Positions 49,093 to 57,989 of a stretch of 57,989 bases of DNA are shown here, in pieces. Both the position numbers and the translations under genes were made by a program. Numbering within the stretch: the first letter of the stretch is position 1; each line of letters opens with the position of its first letter. Under the pieces are notes generated by a model. It worked only from the letters and a program-made list of their open reading frames with translations. It was not told where the DNA came from and searched no databases. The stretch spans positions 1 through 57,989 of the forward strand of contig JAJZNX010000096.1 in assembly GCA_021852275.1 (NCBI GenBank), in the 5' to 3' direction. The DNA is from Planctomycetota bacterium. Lineage in GTDB: Bacteria > Planctomycetota > Phycisphaerae > WQYP01.

Positions 49093-50169
49093 TTATCCGG
49101 CGGAAATGACAATCTTTCCCGTCCGCAATTCCTCGCCGGCCCGTTTTACCGCCCGCTGCATCGCGGGCGTAATAACCTTGCCGATGAGCCGCGGATTAAG
49201 CACGGTGATGCATACGCCGTTGGAGGAATTTTCCTGATGCACGCCGGAACGAAAGTGGCCATGAATGATTTCCAGAATTAATTTTTTATACGCACGATCC
49301 AGGCGTATGACCGCGCTGGCCGGCGTATAGGCACCGCAGGTGGAATTATCGTTCTGATCGGTATTGGACCCGAATACGTATACTGGATGACCGCCGGAGG
49401 ACAGATGGCGATCCGCGTTTGCCACAGCTTCAAAAACCCCGCGGCTGGCGGCATCGACATTCTGATAGATAACATCGATGTGCTGCTGAATAAATGCCTC
49501 AGCCTGGCTTTTGGAAAGCGCGGGCTGATCCCAACTGGTATAGGCATGCGCCACCGTAATATGGGGATTGACACTTCTAGCCCCCGCTAAAAAGCCGGTG
49601 TAGCAGGCCACCACGGAAGGAATAGCCTCCCCACCGATGAAGCCGAGCCGGCCGGTTTTACTGATCATCGCCGCAAGTACACCGAGCTGATAAGACGGCT
49701 GGGAAAGATCAAAGTTCAGTGTGGCCACGTTCGGTTGTATTTTATCCGCACCGTCAATGGCAAAGTGCGTGTGCCCGGCGTTGGGTGCCACCTGAGAAGC
49801 GGGGTCAAGAAATTCGTAACCGTGCCCTATGACCAGGTTGTATCCGCGGGCAATGTACTGCCGCATGATGTTGCCGGCCCGGACCGGCGAAACGTGCTCC
49901 AGCATCGAAACCTTCAGATGCAAGCGGCGTTTCAGACGCAGCATGGCATCGCGGCCTTCTTGATTCCAACCGCCGTCTGTAAAAGAACCGGAACACAGCA
50001 ACGCGACTTTCAGTGGAGGGCGTTTTTCCGCGGGGCCAGCAACCACTGGCGAGGCCTGCTGTAACGATACCGATGATTTATGGACTTTCTTGGAGCACGC
50101 CGGAAGCATGAAAACCAGCGTCGTCGCAAGGAGGATATTAAAAAACCATAACGCTTTTGGGTGAAACAT
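49093..50169 (-). CDS. BMP-family (PnrA/TmpC-like) substrate-binding lipoprotein
   Basis: Lipobox LPAC, DGGWNQ, IGHGYEF, GFIGG, GFLAGA. Confidence 0.9.
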   Translation of the reverse strand: MFHPKALWFFNILLATTLVFMLPACSKKVHKSSVSLQQASPVVAGPAEKRPPLKVALLCSGSFTDGGWNQEGRDAMLRLKRRLHLKVSMLEHVSPVRAGNIMRQYIARGYNLVIGHGYEFLDPASQVAPNAGHTHFAIDGADKIQPNVATLNFDLSQPSYQLGVLAAMISKTGRLGFIGGEAIPSVVACYTGFLAGARSVNPHITVAHAYTSWDQPALSKSQAEAFIQQHIDVIYQNVDAASRGVFEAVANADRHLSSGGHPVYVFGSNTDQNDNSTCGAYTPASAVIRLDRAYKKLILEIIHGHFRSGVHQENSSNGVCITVLNPRLIGKVITPAMQRAVKRAGEELRTGKIVISAG

Positions 50170-50306
50170 TCGCCAATCCTTTTCTGACTGTCATTGAATT
50201 CGCACCAGATACCACAGTTAATTATTCCCGCAAATGTCAAGAAATACCAGCGAGTCCATGCACCTGAAGTCCAGTCCGGACGGCAATGTGTGCTTCACGG
50301 GGTGCA

Positions 50307-50466
50307 GAGGCCAACAGGCACCTGAACTGTGTTGTCAGGCAAACGTCGAGCTAAACCTCAGCTGATCCAGTCCCAAATGGAATCGGGAAGTCCAAGGAAG
50401 CATTTTTCTCCTTGGATGGCCCCCACGTGTAGCCCAAATCGCGTCAGTTAAAACTAAGTGAACCTC
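50307..50466 (-). ncRNA. Putative structured small RNA (rod-like, 6S-like), copy 2
   Basis: GAGGTTCAC/GTTGGCCTC closing stem, CTGA/TCAG, central bubble, GGGCTA/TAGCTC, apical hairpins TCCAAGGA/TCCTTGGA and TCCC/GGGA; TATCAT -10 box at 50476-50471. Confidence 0.5.
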
Positions 50467-50546
50467 GTCCATGATAATCCGCCATGTTTTGTGCATCCTG
50501 CTGAGCCTGCACAGCAAAGAGAATCGATGGAATTTCTTATGAAGGT

Positions 50547-51749
50547 CTAAAGCATACCGCCGGCCACAGCCTGGTTTTCCGCAGCCACATTCTCAACTGG
50601 CACATCATCAATCCACGCGCCACCCAGCAGCATTTCTCCAGAATAACACACCACGGCTTGCCCGGGCGTGATGGCCGCCACCGGTGTGTCAAAGCAAACC
50701 GTGAGTTCGTCCGGCCCGGTAAGCTCGGCGATGGCCGGAGCGGCAGGGGTGTTGTAGCGTACCCGCGCCGTACACTCAAATGGCCCTTGCGGCCGCTCCG
50801 TTAACCAGTTAACTTCGCGAGCGATAAGCCTGGTGCGAAGCAGATCCTCTTTGTTGCCAATGGTTACGGTATTGTTGGCGGCATCAATGGCGGTAACGTA
50901 TATCGGATAACCAAAAGCCACCCCCACTCCGCGACGCTGACCCAGCGTAAAATTCTGATGGCCACCATGAGTCGCCACGCGCACCCCGCGCGAATCAACC
51001 ACAGGGCCGGGCACAACGGCATCCGGAGTGCGGCTATTGACCAACCGCATATAATTATTGTCCGGCACGAAGCAGATTTCCTGCGAATCCCGCTTAGCAT
51101 GCACGGGCAGTCCCAGTTCTCGCGCCAGCCGGCGGACCTGGCTTTTGGGATAATCACCGATGGGAAGCAGAATACGGGAGATATCCTCACGCGGCACACC
51201 AAAAAGTACGTAGCTCTGATCCTTGCTGTGATCGATTCCCCGAAGAATCCGGGCCGCACCCGATTCTTCCCGGCCGATACGGGCATAATGACCTGTGGCC
51301 ACGTAGTTGGCACCGATGGCTGTGGCATAGCGCAGCAGCTTGCCGAACTTCAGATATTCATTGCAGCGCACACAGGGATTGGGTGTGCGGCCACGGTTGT
51401 ATTCACGCACGAAATAATCAATGATTCCATCAAAATCATGCTGAAAATTCAAGGCATAAAATGGAATATCCAATAACCCTGCGACGTACCGGGCATCAGC
51501 GGCATCCGCAGCCGAACAGCAACCCTGCTGATGCGCCTGGGGCTCGTCGGCATTGACTTCTTTTGTGGCATCACATGTGCCGGGCAGAGCGCGGGCTTCT
51601 ATCGCCACCGCCTTTTCTGCGGGGTCACTGCCGAGCCGCATAAACACACCTATACAGTTATACCCTTCCCGGCGCAACAGGGCTGCAGCCACGGAGCTAT
51701 CCACCCCACCCGACATCGCCACCACTACTGTACCCTTATTACCGCTCAT
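50547..51749 (-). CDS. mnmA: tRNA-specific 2-thiouridylase (CxxC+C type)
   Basis: AMSGGVDSS, TPNPCVRCN, ATGHYAR, KDQSY, DSQEICF, TPGQ. Confidence 0.97.
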   Translation of the reverse strand: MSGNKGTVVVAMSGGVDSSVAAALLRREGYNCIGVFMRLGSDPAEKAVAIEARALPGTCDATKEVNADEPQAHQQGCCSAADAADARYVAGLLDIPFYALNFQHDFDGIIDYFVREYNRGRTPNPCVRCNEYLKFGKLLRYATAIGANYVATGHYARIGREESGAARILRGIDHSKDQSYVLFGVPREDISRILLPIGDYPKSQVRRLARELGLPVHAKRDSQEICFVPDNNYMRLVNSRTPDAVVPGPVVDSRGVRVATHGGHQNFTLGQRRGVGVAFGYPIYVTAIDAANNTVTIGNKEDLLRTRLIAREVNWLTERPQGPFECTARVRYNTPAAPAIAELTGPDELTVCFDTPVAAITPGQAVVCYSGEMLLGGAWIDDVPVENVAAENQAVAGGML

Positions 51750-51943
51750 AGATCACCCCTTATGGACCAGGCTCTATTCTGTAGCCGGTTCGATGGAATC
51801 ATTATAGCCCATGGATGACCGATTTACCGCAGCACGCCGCACGAACCGGACCGGTAGATGCGCAGCGAAGGGAAAAGCCCCGACTTGTAGCCGTGGTCGA
51901 CGAGGCAACACCAATATGCTAATCCAGTGCAGAAGCCGGTATG

Positions 51944-53185
51944 TTATTGGTTATGACCAAGGTCGATTGGCCGGGGGGTCGGCGTGGTAGATGGCTTTGC
52001 AAGGGGCATACCCACCAATCCCTTGAGCGGATTGATATTCGGATTCGGCCGGGCCCCCTGTTCAATAACCTGCTGGACTGCGATTCGCGACAGAGTTCGA
52101 GCCACACGGTTGTGCCGATCCAAGGGTAGCTTCAAATATTGGAGGTAGTCTTTCAGCGCGGCAAAGAGCACCCGGTTGCGTAAAATTCCCGCAGGTAAGA
52201 CCTGGGCCTCGGCCTGAAGCGCCCGGGCGCACGGATAGCACTCGGCGGGATCAGACCGACATGCGACCATCATGCGATCTAATGCACCCACGGAACTGCG
52301 GGGCCATCGGTGCAGAATCCAATCGCGTAGCTTCCTGCGCGGCGACACCACGGTGGCGTACAGATAAACCTCCATCGCCGCCGACTCATGGCCCGCCAGC
52401 ATCAGGCGGTATTGCTTTTTTAGATCATGAATCATGCGGCGGGTTTGACGCACAATGGTACGTGCCACCGACATTTCAAACATGAGTTTATGATTTGCCC
52501 GCACCGTATGCGTTTCGTGAATGCCCAGATGCCTTACCACGCGGTGGGCAGCTTTAACCTGCCCCGCCCACAGCAATTGCAGAGTAAGCTGCACATTGGA
52601 CTGTTCGGCAAGAATATCGTAGCGATGGCGATCTGGCAGCGGCGTAGCCGCCAGGTATGCCAGCAGGTTGGACATTTGCCATATCGGAGCTATTTGGACA
52701 ATGCTGTGGAGTTTCGCCACTTGCATGTAACGGCTGACGGCAGCCTGAGCAAGTGGCGAACCACTGCGGCTCTGAAAGCACAGGGCAAAAACACGCAGGC
52801 ACAAAAGCCGGGTCCGCCCGCGATGAGTGTCGCGCTGCGCCTGTTGCAGCATGGCCGCCGCAAACTTGAGACGCTGTGACAGATATTCATAATTCACACG
52901 CCGGGCCTGTACACCATATTTGGCTTGGTACCATTTCCAATCTGCTGTGCTGTAAAGAGGCTTCATCCCTGGTGGAGCCGTAGCCGGTTTCTTTTGAACT
53001 GGTAAAACGTCCGGCCAAAGCATTTGCAGAGCAATAGGTGGTGGCAACAATGGCGGCGGAAGCGGTGACCAGGTTGCCGCAGTGGCTCGATGGCCAACGC
53101 CCACCAGCACTGCCGACATCAGCATCATGGCGACGATAACCACCCGGCGGCAACAGCGGAAAATGATTGCGGGTACTATTGGCAT
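51944..53185 (-). CDS. Hypothetical exported, basic, helical protein
   Basis: Signal peptide ending ATA, Pro-rich N- and C-termini; no family recognised; start trimmed. Confidence 0.65.
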   Translation of the reverse strand: MPIVPAIIFRCCRRVVIVAMMLMSAVLVGVGHRATAATWSPLPPPLLPPPIALQMLWPDVLPVQKKPATAPPGMKPLYSTADWKWYQAKYGVQARRVNYEYLSQRLKFAAAMLQQAQRDTHRGRTRLLCLRVFALCFQSRSGSPLAQAAVSRYMQVAKLHSIVQIAPIWQMSNLLAYLAATPLPDRHRYDILAEQSNVQLTLQLLWAGQVKAAHRVVRHLGIHETHTVRANHKLMFEMSVARTIVRQTRRMIHDLKKQYRLMLAGHESAAMEVYLYATVVSPRRKLRDWILHRWPRSSVGALDRMMVACRSDPAECYPCARALQAEAQVLPAGILRNRVLFAALKDYLQYLKLPLDRHNRVARTLSRIAVQQVIEQGARPNPNINPLKGLVGMPLAKPSTTPTPRPIDLGHNQ

Positions 53186-53677
53186 GAGACTCCACTTCTT
53201 CCATGATCGGGTTTGATCAACGCAACAGTGCCATCCCTGGCACACCCATGACAACCATTGGCATATTATGCACGTCCGCTGTTTCCATACAAGGTCTGGT
53301 CCAAACTCGGCATCACGACGAGGCAGGGCAACACCCAGAGCATGGGGCCTGGCAAATATCAATTCATATTTTACGGCGCAGGAGTTTTGACTGCCGGCAA
53401 CGCGCATACCCCGCCAGCGAGTCTATAAAGAAGCGAAGAGTGATGCGACGCGGCCAAAAGAATCAGCCGAACAGTGCGACGTTATTTTTGCGCGGCCCCC
53501 TAAAAATCTTGAAGTACAAAGGAAGTTGCCATGTTGTCTAAAAATCCGAAAATCCGATCCCAGTACATGGTCACCTTGAAAGAATGGCTACCCACCCTCT
53601 ATAGTGATGCATTGGTGAGGCTTGGCGAGACAACGTTTTGCTGTGCGGAATAAAGCATTTCGCTTTCTGGAATTAAG

Positions 53678-55063
53678 ATGGCACTTTTGTTACATCCAAA
53701 CGAACTGACCGATACACCACAAAGCCACATCGTCCCTGCGAGGCGGCAACGCCTTGGCAGTAGAGACTTTGGCGAGATTTTAGCCTGTGGCTTCGGAAGT
53801 TCCGGACTTATGTGGGCGTTGGGTTATATCTGCCGAATGCCGGGTGCGGCAGTACCGGCAGGCGTCATTTTGGCTCTCATGCTTTTGTCCCTGATTCTCG
53901 GTGGAGGGTTCGCGGCAGCCACAACCAGTTGGGGTTGGCGCGGCGGGTTATTTACAGGCCTGGTGGCGGGAATCGCCAATTTGCTTATTCTTGGAACATT
54001 AGGCCATGATCTCACGACCGACCACCGCATTATGGACTACATGTTGTTATGGGGATTCTCGTCGTTGGCTCTTTCCGGCCTGCTGGGAATGTTGGGAGCG
54101 CTGCTTGGAAAAAGGTTAAATCCAGATAGCGAATCGCGGCTGTATGGCGAAGGAGCTTTCACCCTCATTACCGCCTGCATCACCCTGCTGTTGATTCTGG
54201 CCGGCGGTATGGTAACCGGTTTTAATGCCGGCCTTTCGGTGCCGGATTGGCCGGACGTATTTCACTACAATATGTTTTTGTTTCCATTGACCCGTATGAC
54301 CGGCGGCGTGTACTTTGAACACACCCACCGTTTATTGGGAACGCTGGTCGGCTTGGCCACCATGACACAAGCTGGTTATCTATGGTTTCGTGAACCTCGT
54401 CGCTGGGTAAAAGGCCTGGCCATTTTGGCCTTGCTGATGGTTATCGCACAAGGCATTCTGGGGGGGCTCAGGGTTACGGGGCACTTCACCAGCAATCAAT
54501 CGCGCGTCGGCATGGATCCCAGCACGCAATTGGCCATTATTCACGCCACCTTCGGCCAGATTGTGTTTGCTGTTCTCGTGGGTATTGCCGTGGTCTGCTC
54601 GCGATCTTGGCGAAACAATTCTCACACCGTGCAACGAACCACTGCTGGTACCGATTTAACCCTTAGCTGGACGCTGGTTTTCCTGTTGATGATTCAGCTT
54701 TTACTGGGTGCCGTCCTGCGTCATACCGGCCGCTTGCTGCTCCTGCACATCGGACTGGCCACTGTGCTGCTGCTTTTAGCCATGTTCGTGGGTATAAGAA
54801 CCTGGGCACTAAATCAGGATGGTCCCATCTTGCGCCGCCTGGGTATAGCTCTGCTGACAGTGGTTAGCTTGCAGGTTTTGCTGGGCGTTGGTGCTGTCAT
54901 TGCCACCGATGGAGGTCATGTTCTAACTCACCCACTGTTTTGGCAGGCCATGGTCACCACCTCGCATCAATTTTGCGGTGCGGTATTTTTGGCGACCGCA
55001 CTGATGTTGGCGCTGTGGACTTTACGATTCCAGGCAACAGGCCGCATGGAACAGCCGACATAA
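53678..55063 (+). CDS. ctaA: Heme A synthase (COX15/CtaA) with an extra N-terminal membrane domain
   Basis: AGLSVPDWP, FEHTHRLLG, QGILGG, IHATFGQ, LHIGLA, SHQFCG. Confidence 0.85.
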   Translation: MALLLHPNELTDTPQSHIVPARRQRLGSRDFGEILACGFGSSGLMWALGYICRMPGAAVPAGVILALMLLSLILGGGFAAATTSWGWRGGLFTGLVAGIANLLILGTLGHDLTTDHRIMDYMLLWGFSSLALSGLLGMLGALLGKRLNPDSESRLYGEGAFTLITACITLLLILAGGMVTGFNAGLSVPDWPDVFHYNMFLFPLTRMTGGVYFEHTHRLLGTLVGLATMTQAGYLWFREPRRWVKGLAILALLMVIAQGILGGLRVTGHFTSNQSRVGMDPSTQLAIIHATFGQIVFAVLVGIAVVCSRSWRNNSHTVQRTTAGTDLTLSWTLVFLLMIQLLLGAVLRHTGRLLLLHIGLATVLLLLAMFVGIRTWALNQDGPILRRLGIALLTVVSLQVLLGVGAVIATDGGHVLTHPLFWQAMVTTSHQFCGAVFLATALMLALWTLRFQATGRMEQPT

Positions 55064-55099
55064 ACTCAAGCAATGGCACAAGTCGGACAATGTCGCATA

Positions 55100-57505
55100 T
55101 CACATACCAGGACGGCTCGTAGTAGATGGGGAACCAGACTGTTTTGCCGACATCGGACTGGGCCGAGACGTAGCGGGACGGACCGCGGGCTTGGCCGGTT
55201 TGTCTCCAGCGTAAAGAATAATGTCACGGGCCAAAGACTGGGCGGAAGCCGGAGTGTAGCCGCTGATGCCCCAGGTATTGGTGCCCAACAGGCCACTGGT
55301 TATATCAGCCGACGAATACAGTATGATCCACTTGCCACCCTTTTTTACACCCAGTAATTTCGGACGAGTGGTTACCCCGTGCTTCTTCTCGTAGAATTTT
55401 CGATAGTGAACCCTCACTGCCGAAATTCCTCCCGGCATCGTACCGCGGTAAACTATAGAATGCTTACCAAGTGTGGACATCGCCCCCAGCGAAGGATAAA
55501 GCTGCGCTACCAAACGCCGGAAATAGTGTGAAAAAATCGCATGCCCACCAGTGGCATCTCCAAACAGCACCCCACCCTTCGCCAAAAATGCCCGCAAATG
55601 GACCACCTGTGCCGGAGTGAAGTGAAACGGTCCGGTACCGGTAATGTGCGCGATGGTAGTAATGCCGGCGTTAAGCTGCCCCACACGCTCTTTCGTCAGA
55701 ACCAGGCGAGTAGCAAACTGTAACGCCGCCAGCCGGACCATTCGCGGCCAGGCCCCGGGTTCCGGATTCCAATTTCCGTGGTATTTGATCAGGGCGATGT
55801 GAATAGTCCGTACCGGCTTGCGTCTTGCCGATGGCACATGCAAAGAAGTAAGCTTATTGGCCAGGGCCACCTTACCGGTGGCGTACAGGTACAAGTTCAA
55901 GGGAATCTGCCAATAGGACTCGTTGAGATGTGCCCGTTGCTGCCAGGCATTGGCAAAATCCACCGGATTGATAATCCACAAATACCGCGATCCATTGGAT
56001 ATCGCCAACAAGCCCTGATTTTGCAGATGATAATAAGATTGCAAAGTGTAAATTGAGCTTTTCACCGAAAGAGTTTGCACGGGATATCGATTATGCACCA
56101 CTTCGCGTGCATAACGCTCCATAGCTTTGGTAAAGGCTTTTGATCCATTATTGCTGTTGGAAAATACGATTCCCCCGGCATATATATACCGGCGAATTTT
56201 GGCTACATCGGTCTTGGTGAACTTGGGATCCTGCGATCCGCTGATATAAAGCACCGGCGAATTGAGCCACTCCCGCACGGGACTGGCGCAATTGACTACC
56301 TGCCAGTTCATGGGATGTTCATACGTGCGACTGATCCATGCCGTCAGATTACCGATATCGCGCGGATAATGGTTCCATGAACCATAATATCCCGGAGAGT
56401 ACTGGAGCTTGTTAAGAAATACCGGATTGAGTCCGCGGGCCAAGGTCAACAGGGCGTAGCAGGTACCGACAATTCGATTATGCACCCGTGGCGGTCCGGT
56501 GATGCCGGCCCCCCAACTGCCGTTGTGGCGCTGATGCCGCAGCAACCGGGCGGCGATGCTGCTATACCAGTTGGTGCGGCCAAAGTACTCCAGCCCCGAC
56601 GCCATCCCCACCCGGGCATAACCGTACAAGGTGTACGTATCACCGATGTGGGGGTGGATGTGCCGGTCCAGCCAGGCCAGGCCGCGGCCAATGCTGCGAT
56701 CCGGTGATGTGCTGCGCTCATACTCATCGGCAATCAGCAGGCTGGCAAGGCCGGCGGGAGTCATAGAATCCGGTCGGCTGGATTCATCCCCGGGTGCGGG
56801 CACATCCGCGTGGGAAGCGTACCCCCAGGTGCCATCGGAATATTGAAAAGCCCGCCAGTGCATTTTCACCGAATCCCAGTAGGACATGGGCACCCGCAAC
56901 CCCGCATGGGCCACCGCCCACATTCCCAGCACCCCATATTGAGTGTTGGAGTTGTCCCACCCCTGGGATAGTATGATGGCGTGGGCACCGGCCTTTGTTT
57001 TTTTTAGCCGATAACTGTAACCGCCGCCCCGTTTCATTCCCTCCCGTAGAAGCTTGTAATCGCGACGGAGAACCGCTAAATATTCAGGCTTATGGGGCAA
57101 CAGAGCCATGGCGTTGGCCTGGAAGGATACGACGTACGTATCGATGGAATGAATGCCGGCGGTGTAGGCGATGGCCGCTCGCATCTTGGGTGAAAATATA
57201 TTGAGTTCTCGCAGATCCAAACTCTGCCCGACTTCCAGCAAGGTTTGAGTTGCCATCGCCGTGCGACCACCGCGTTGGCGAAAATAACCTGAATCAAATA
57301 TGCCGCGATCCCAGCAATTGCCCGTTTTTTCATGTTTCAGCAGATAATGCACGCCGCGCTTAATCGCCCGCACCACTTGTCGGCTGGTTACCGTCGCCTG
57401 TGCTACAGGCAACGACCGTCCTGTAAAAAATCCAACGACGGCCAACAGACTTACCGCGTAAGAACGGTATCTACCTGGTTGCAAACATACGATGCGAGGA
57501 AACAT
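55100..57505 (-). CDS. Exported protein: prenyltransferase/terpene-cyclase-like barrel plus two DUF4159 domains
   Basis: Signal peptide, WDNSNTQYGVLG, Q..DG.W repeats, PVLYISG, WNPEPGAW, GGVLFGDA. Confidence 0.78.
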   Translation of the reverse strand: MFPRIVCLQPGRYRSYAVSLLAVVGFFTGRSLPVAQATVTSRQVVRAIKRGVHYLLKHEKTGNCWDRGIFDSGYFRQRGGRTAMATQTLLEVGQSLDLRELNIFSPKMRAAIAYTAGIHSIDTYVVSFQANAMALLPHKPEYLAVLRRDYKLLREGMKRGGGYSYRLKKTKAGAHAIILSQGWDNSNTQYGVLGMWAVAHAGLRVPMSYWDSVKMHWRAFQYSDGTWGYASHADVPAPGDESSRPDSMTPAGLASLLIADEYERSTSPDRSIGRGLAWLDRHIHPHIGDTYTLYGYARVGMASGLEYFGRTNWYSSIAARLLRHQRHNGSWGAGITGPPRVHNRIVGTCYALLTLARGLNPVFLNKLQYSPGYYGSWNHYPRDIGNLTAWISRTYEHPMNWQVVNCASPVREWLNSPVLYISGSQDPKFTKTDVAKIRRYIYAGGIVFSNSNNGSKAFTKAMERYAREVVHNRYPVQTLSVKSSIYTLQSYYHLQNQGLLAISNGSRYLWIINPVDFANAWQQRAHLNESYWQIPLNLYLYATGKVALANKLTSLHVPSARRKPVRTIHIALIKYHGNWNPEPGAWPRMVRLAALQFATRLVLTKERVGQLNAGITTIAHITGTGPFHFTPAQVVHLRAFLAKGGVLFGDATGGHAIFSHYFRRLVAQLYPSLGAMSTLGKHSIVYRGTMPGGISAVRVHYRKFYEKKHGVTTRPKLLGVKKGGKWIILYSSADITSGLLGTNTWGISGYTPASAQSLARDIILYAGDKPAKPAVRPATSRPSPMSAKQSGSPSTTSRPGM

Positions 57506-57590
57506 GGCGGCCTTTGGTAAGAGTAACTCATGCTTTACCTGAGATCACCTTCGATCAGGCTTAGTACTTCCGGGTACCGCTGGAAGCCTC

Positions 57591-57989
57591 CTATTTGGCG
57601 GGAATCACGTGAGCCGGGGGCACCTTAACGGGTGACGGTTTTGGGGTTGCGGCAGGCCCTTTTTTCTTCTTTGCCCGCAGAACCTGTTGATGGATGGTGT
57701 AACATAACACATTTCTGGCCAACGCCTGGGCGGATGCCGGTGTGTAGCCACTGATGCCCCAGGTATTGGTCCCCAGCAATCCACTGGTAATGTCCTGCGG
57801 GGAAAATACCACCACCCACCGCCCATGCAATTTTATACCCAGCATTTGCGGATACTTACGGGCATGCCCATGCTGATAGTTATAAAACTTCCGATAGCTC
57901 ACCACTTGTGCCTTTTGGCCTTCCGGAAAGCTGCCCGTATACAGCGACGAATTCAGGGGAATGTTGTTCAAAAGAGCATGGGGAAATAA
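57591..57989 (-). CDS. DUF4159 protein paralog, 3' part only (runs off the window)
   Basis: Shares DITSGLLGTNTWGISGYTPASAQ with the downstream gene. Confidence 0.8.
   Translation of the reverse strand, partial: LFPHALLNNIPLNSSLYTGSFPEGQKAQVVSYRKFYNYQHGHARKYPQMLGIKLHGRWVVVFSPQDITSGLLGTNTWGISGYTPASAQALARNVLCYTIHQQVLRAKKKKGPAATPKPSPVKVPPAHVIPAK

Noticed and set aside
51785-51849. Inverted repeat CCGGTTCG/CGAACCGG containing ATGGAATC as a third copy of the RNA family
   Set aside because: Lacks the GAGGCCAAC...ACCTGAA motif and the extended stems; an 8-mer match is expected by chance.
1-57989. CRISPR arrays, transposases, prophage, rRNA/tRNA or defence systems
   Set aside because: I recognised no regularly spaced repeats or diagnostic protein or RNA motifs by eye; a tool scan could still find weak cases.

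Overview
This is a gene-dense bacterial window. DUF1559/H-X9-DG pilin-like, PEP-CTERM and DUF4159 genes point to a PVC-superphylum host, most likely Planctomycetota (Phycisphaerae-like). Strongly basic exported proteins hint at an acidophile (inference). Left to right: (1) a mycobacterial-Sdh1-like succinate dehydrogenase operon; (2) a ~19 kb carbohydrate locus (2.9-21.9 kb) with a LacI regulator, a Gfo/Idh/MocA oxidoreductase and a TIM-barrel enzyme, a long minus-strand operon (PEP-CTERM adhesin, DUF1559 prepilin, PATR protein, CBM/clan GH-A protein, heparinase-II/III-like protein, NAD-dependent epimerase, DHDPS-like aldolase, IlvA) and a divergent ribulokinase; (3) rplM-rpsI, pfkB, GH20, TlpA, tag, csrA, an atypical Fpg/Nei and sucCD; (4) bamA-skp-lpxD-lpxC/fabZ-lpxA-gnnA-like; (5) PPIase, ribF, a DHH phosphoesterase, a BMP-type ABC transporter, mnmA, CtaA and tandem DUF4159 genes. 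The best leads are the SusC/D-free, pilin-plus-PEP-CTERM glycan-utilisation locus with a candidate shared operator, and two unannotated, apparently related 140-160 nt rod-like RNAs (6S-like) at about 22.0 kb and 50.4 kb. I saw no CRISPR array, tRNA, rRNA or mobile element. All calls come from motif recognition and folding by eye; no searches were run.
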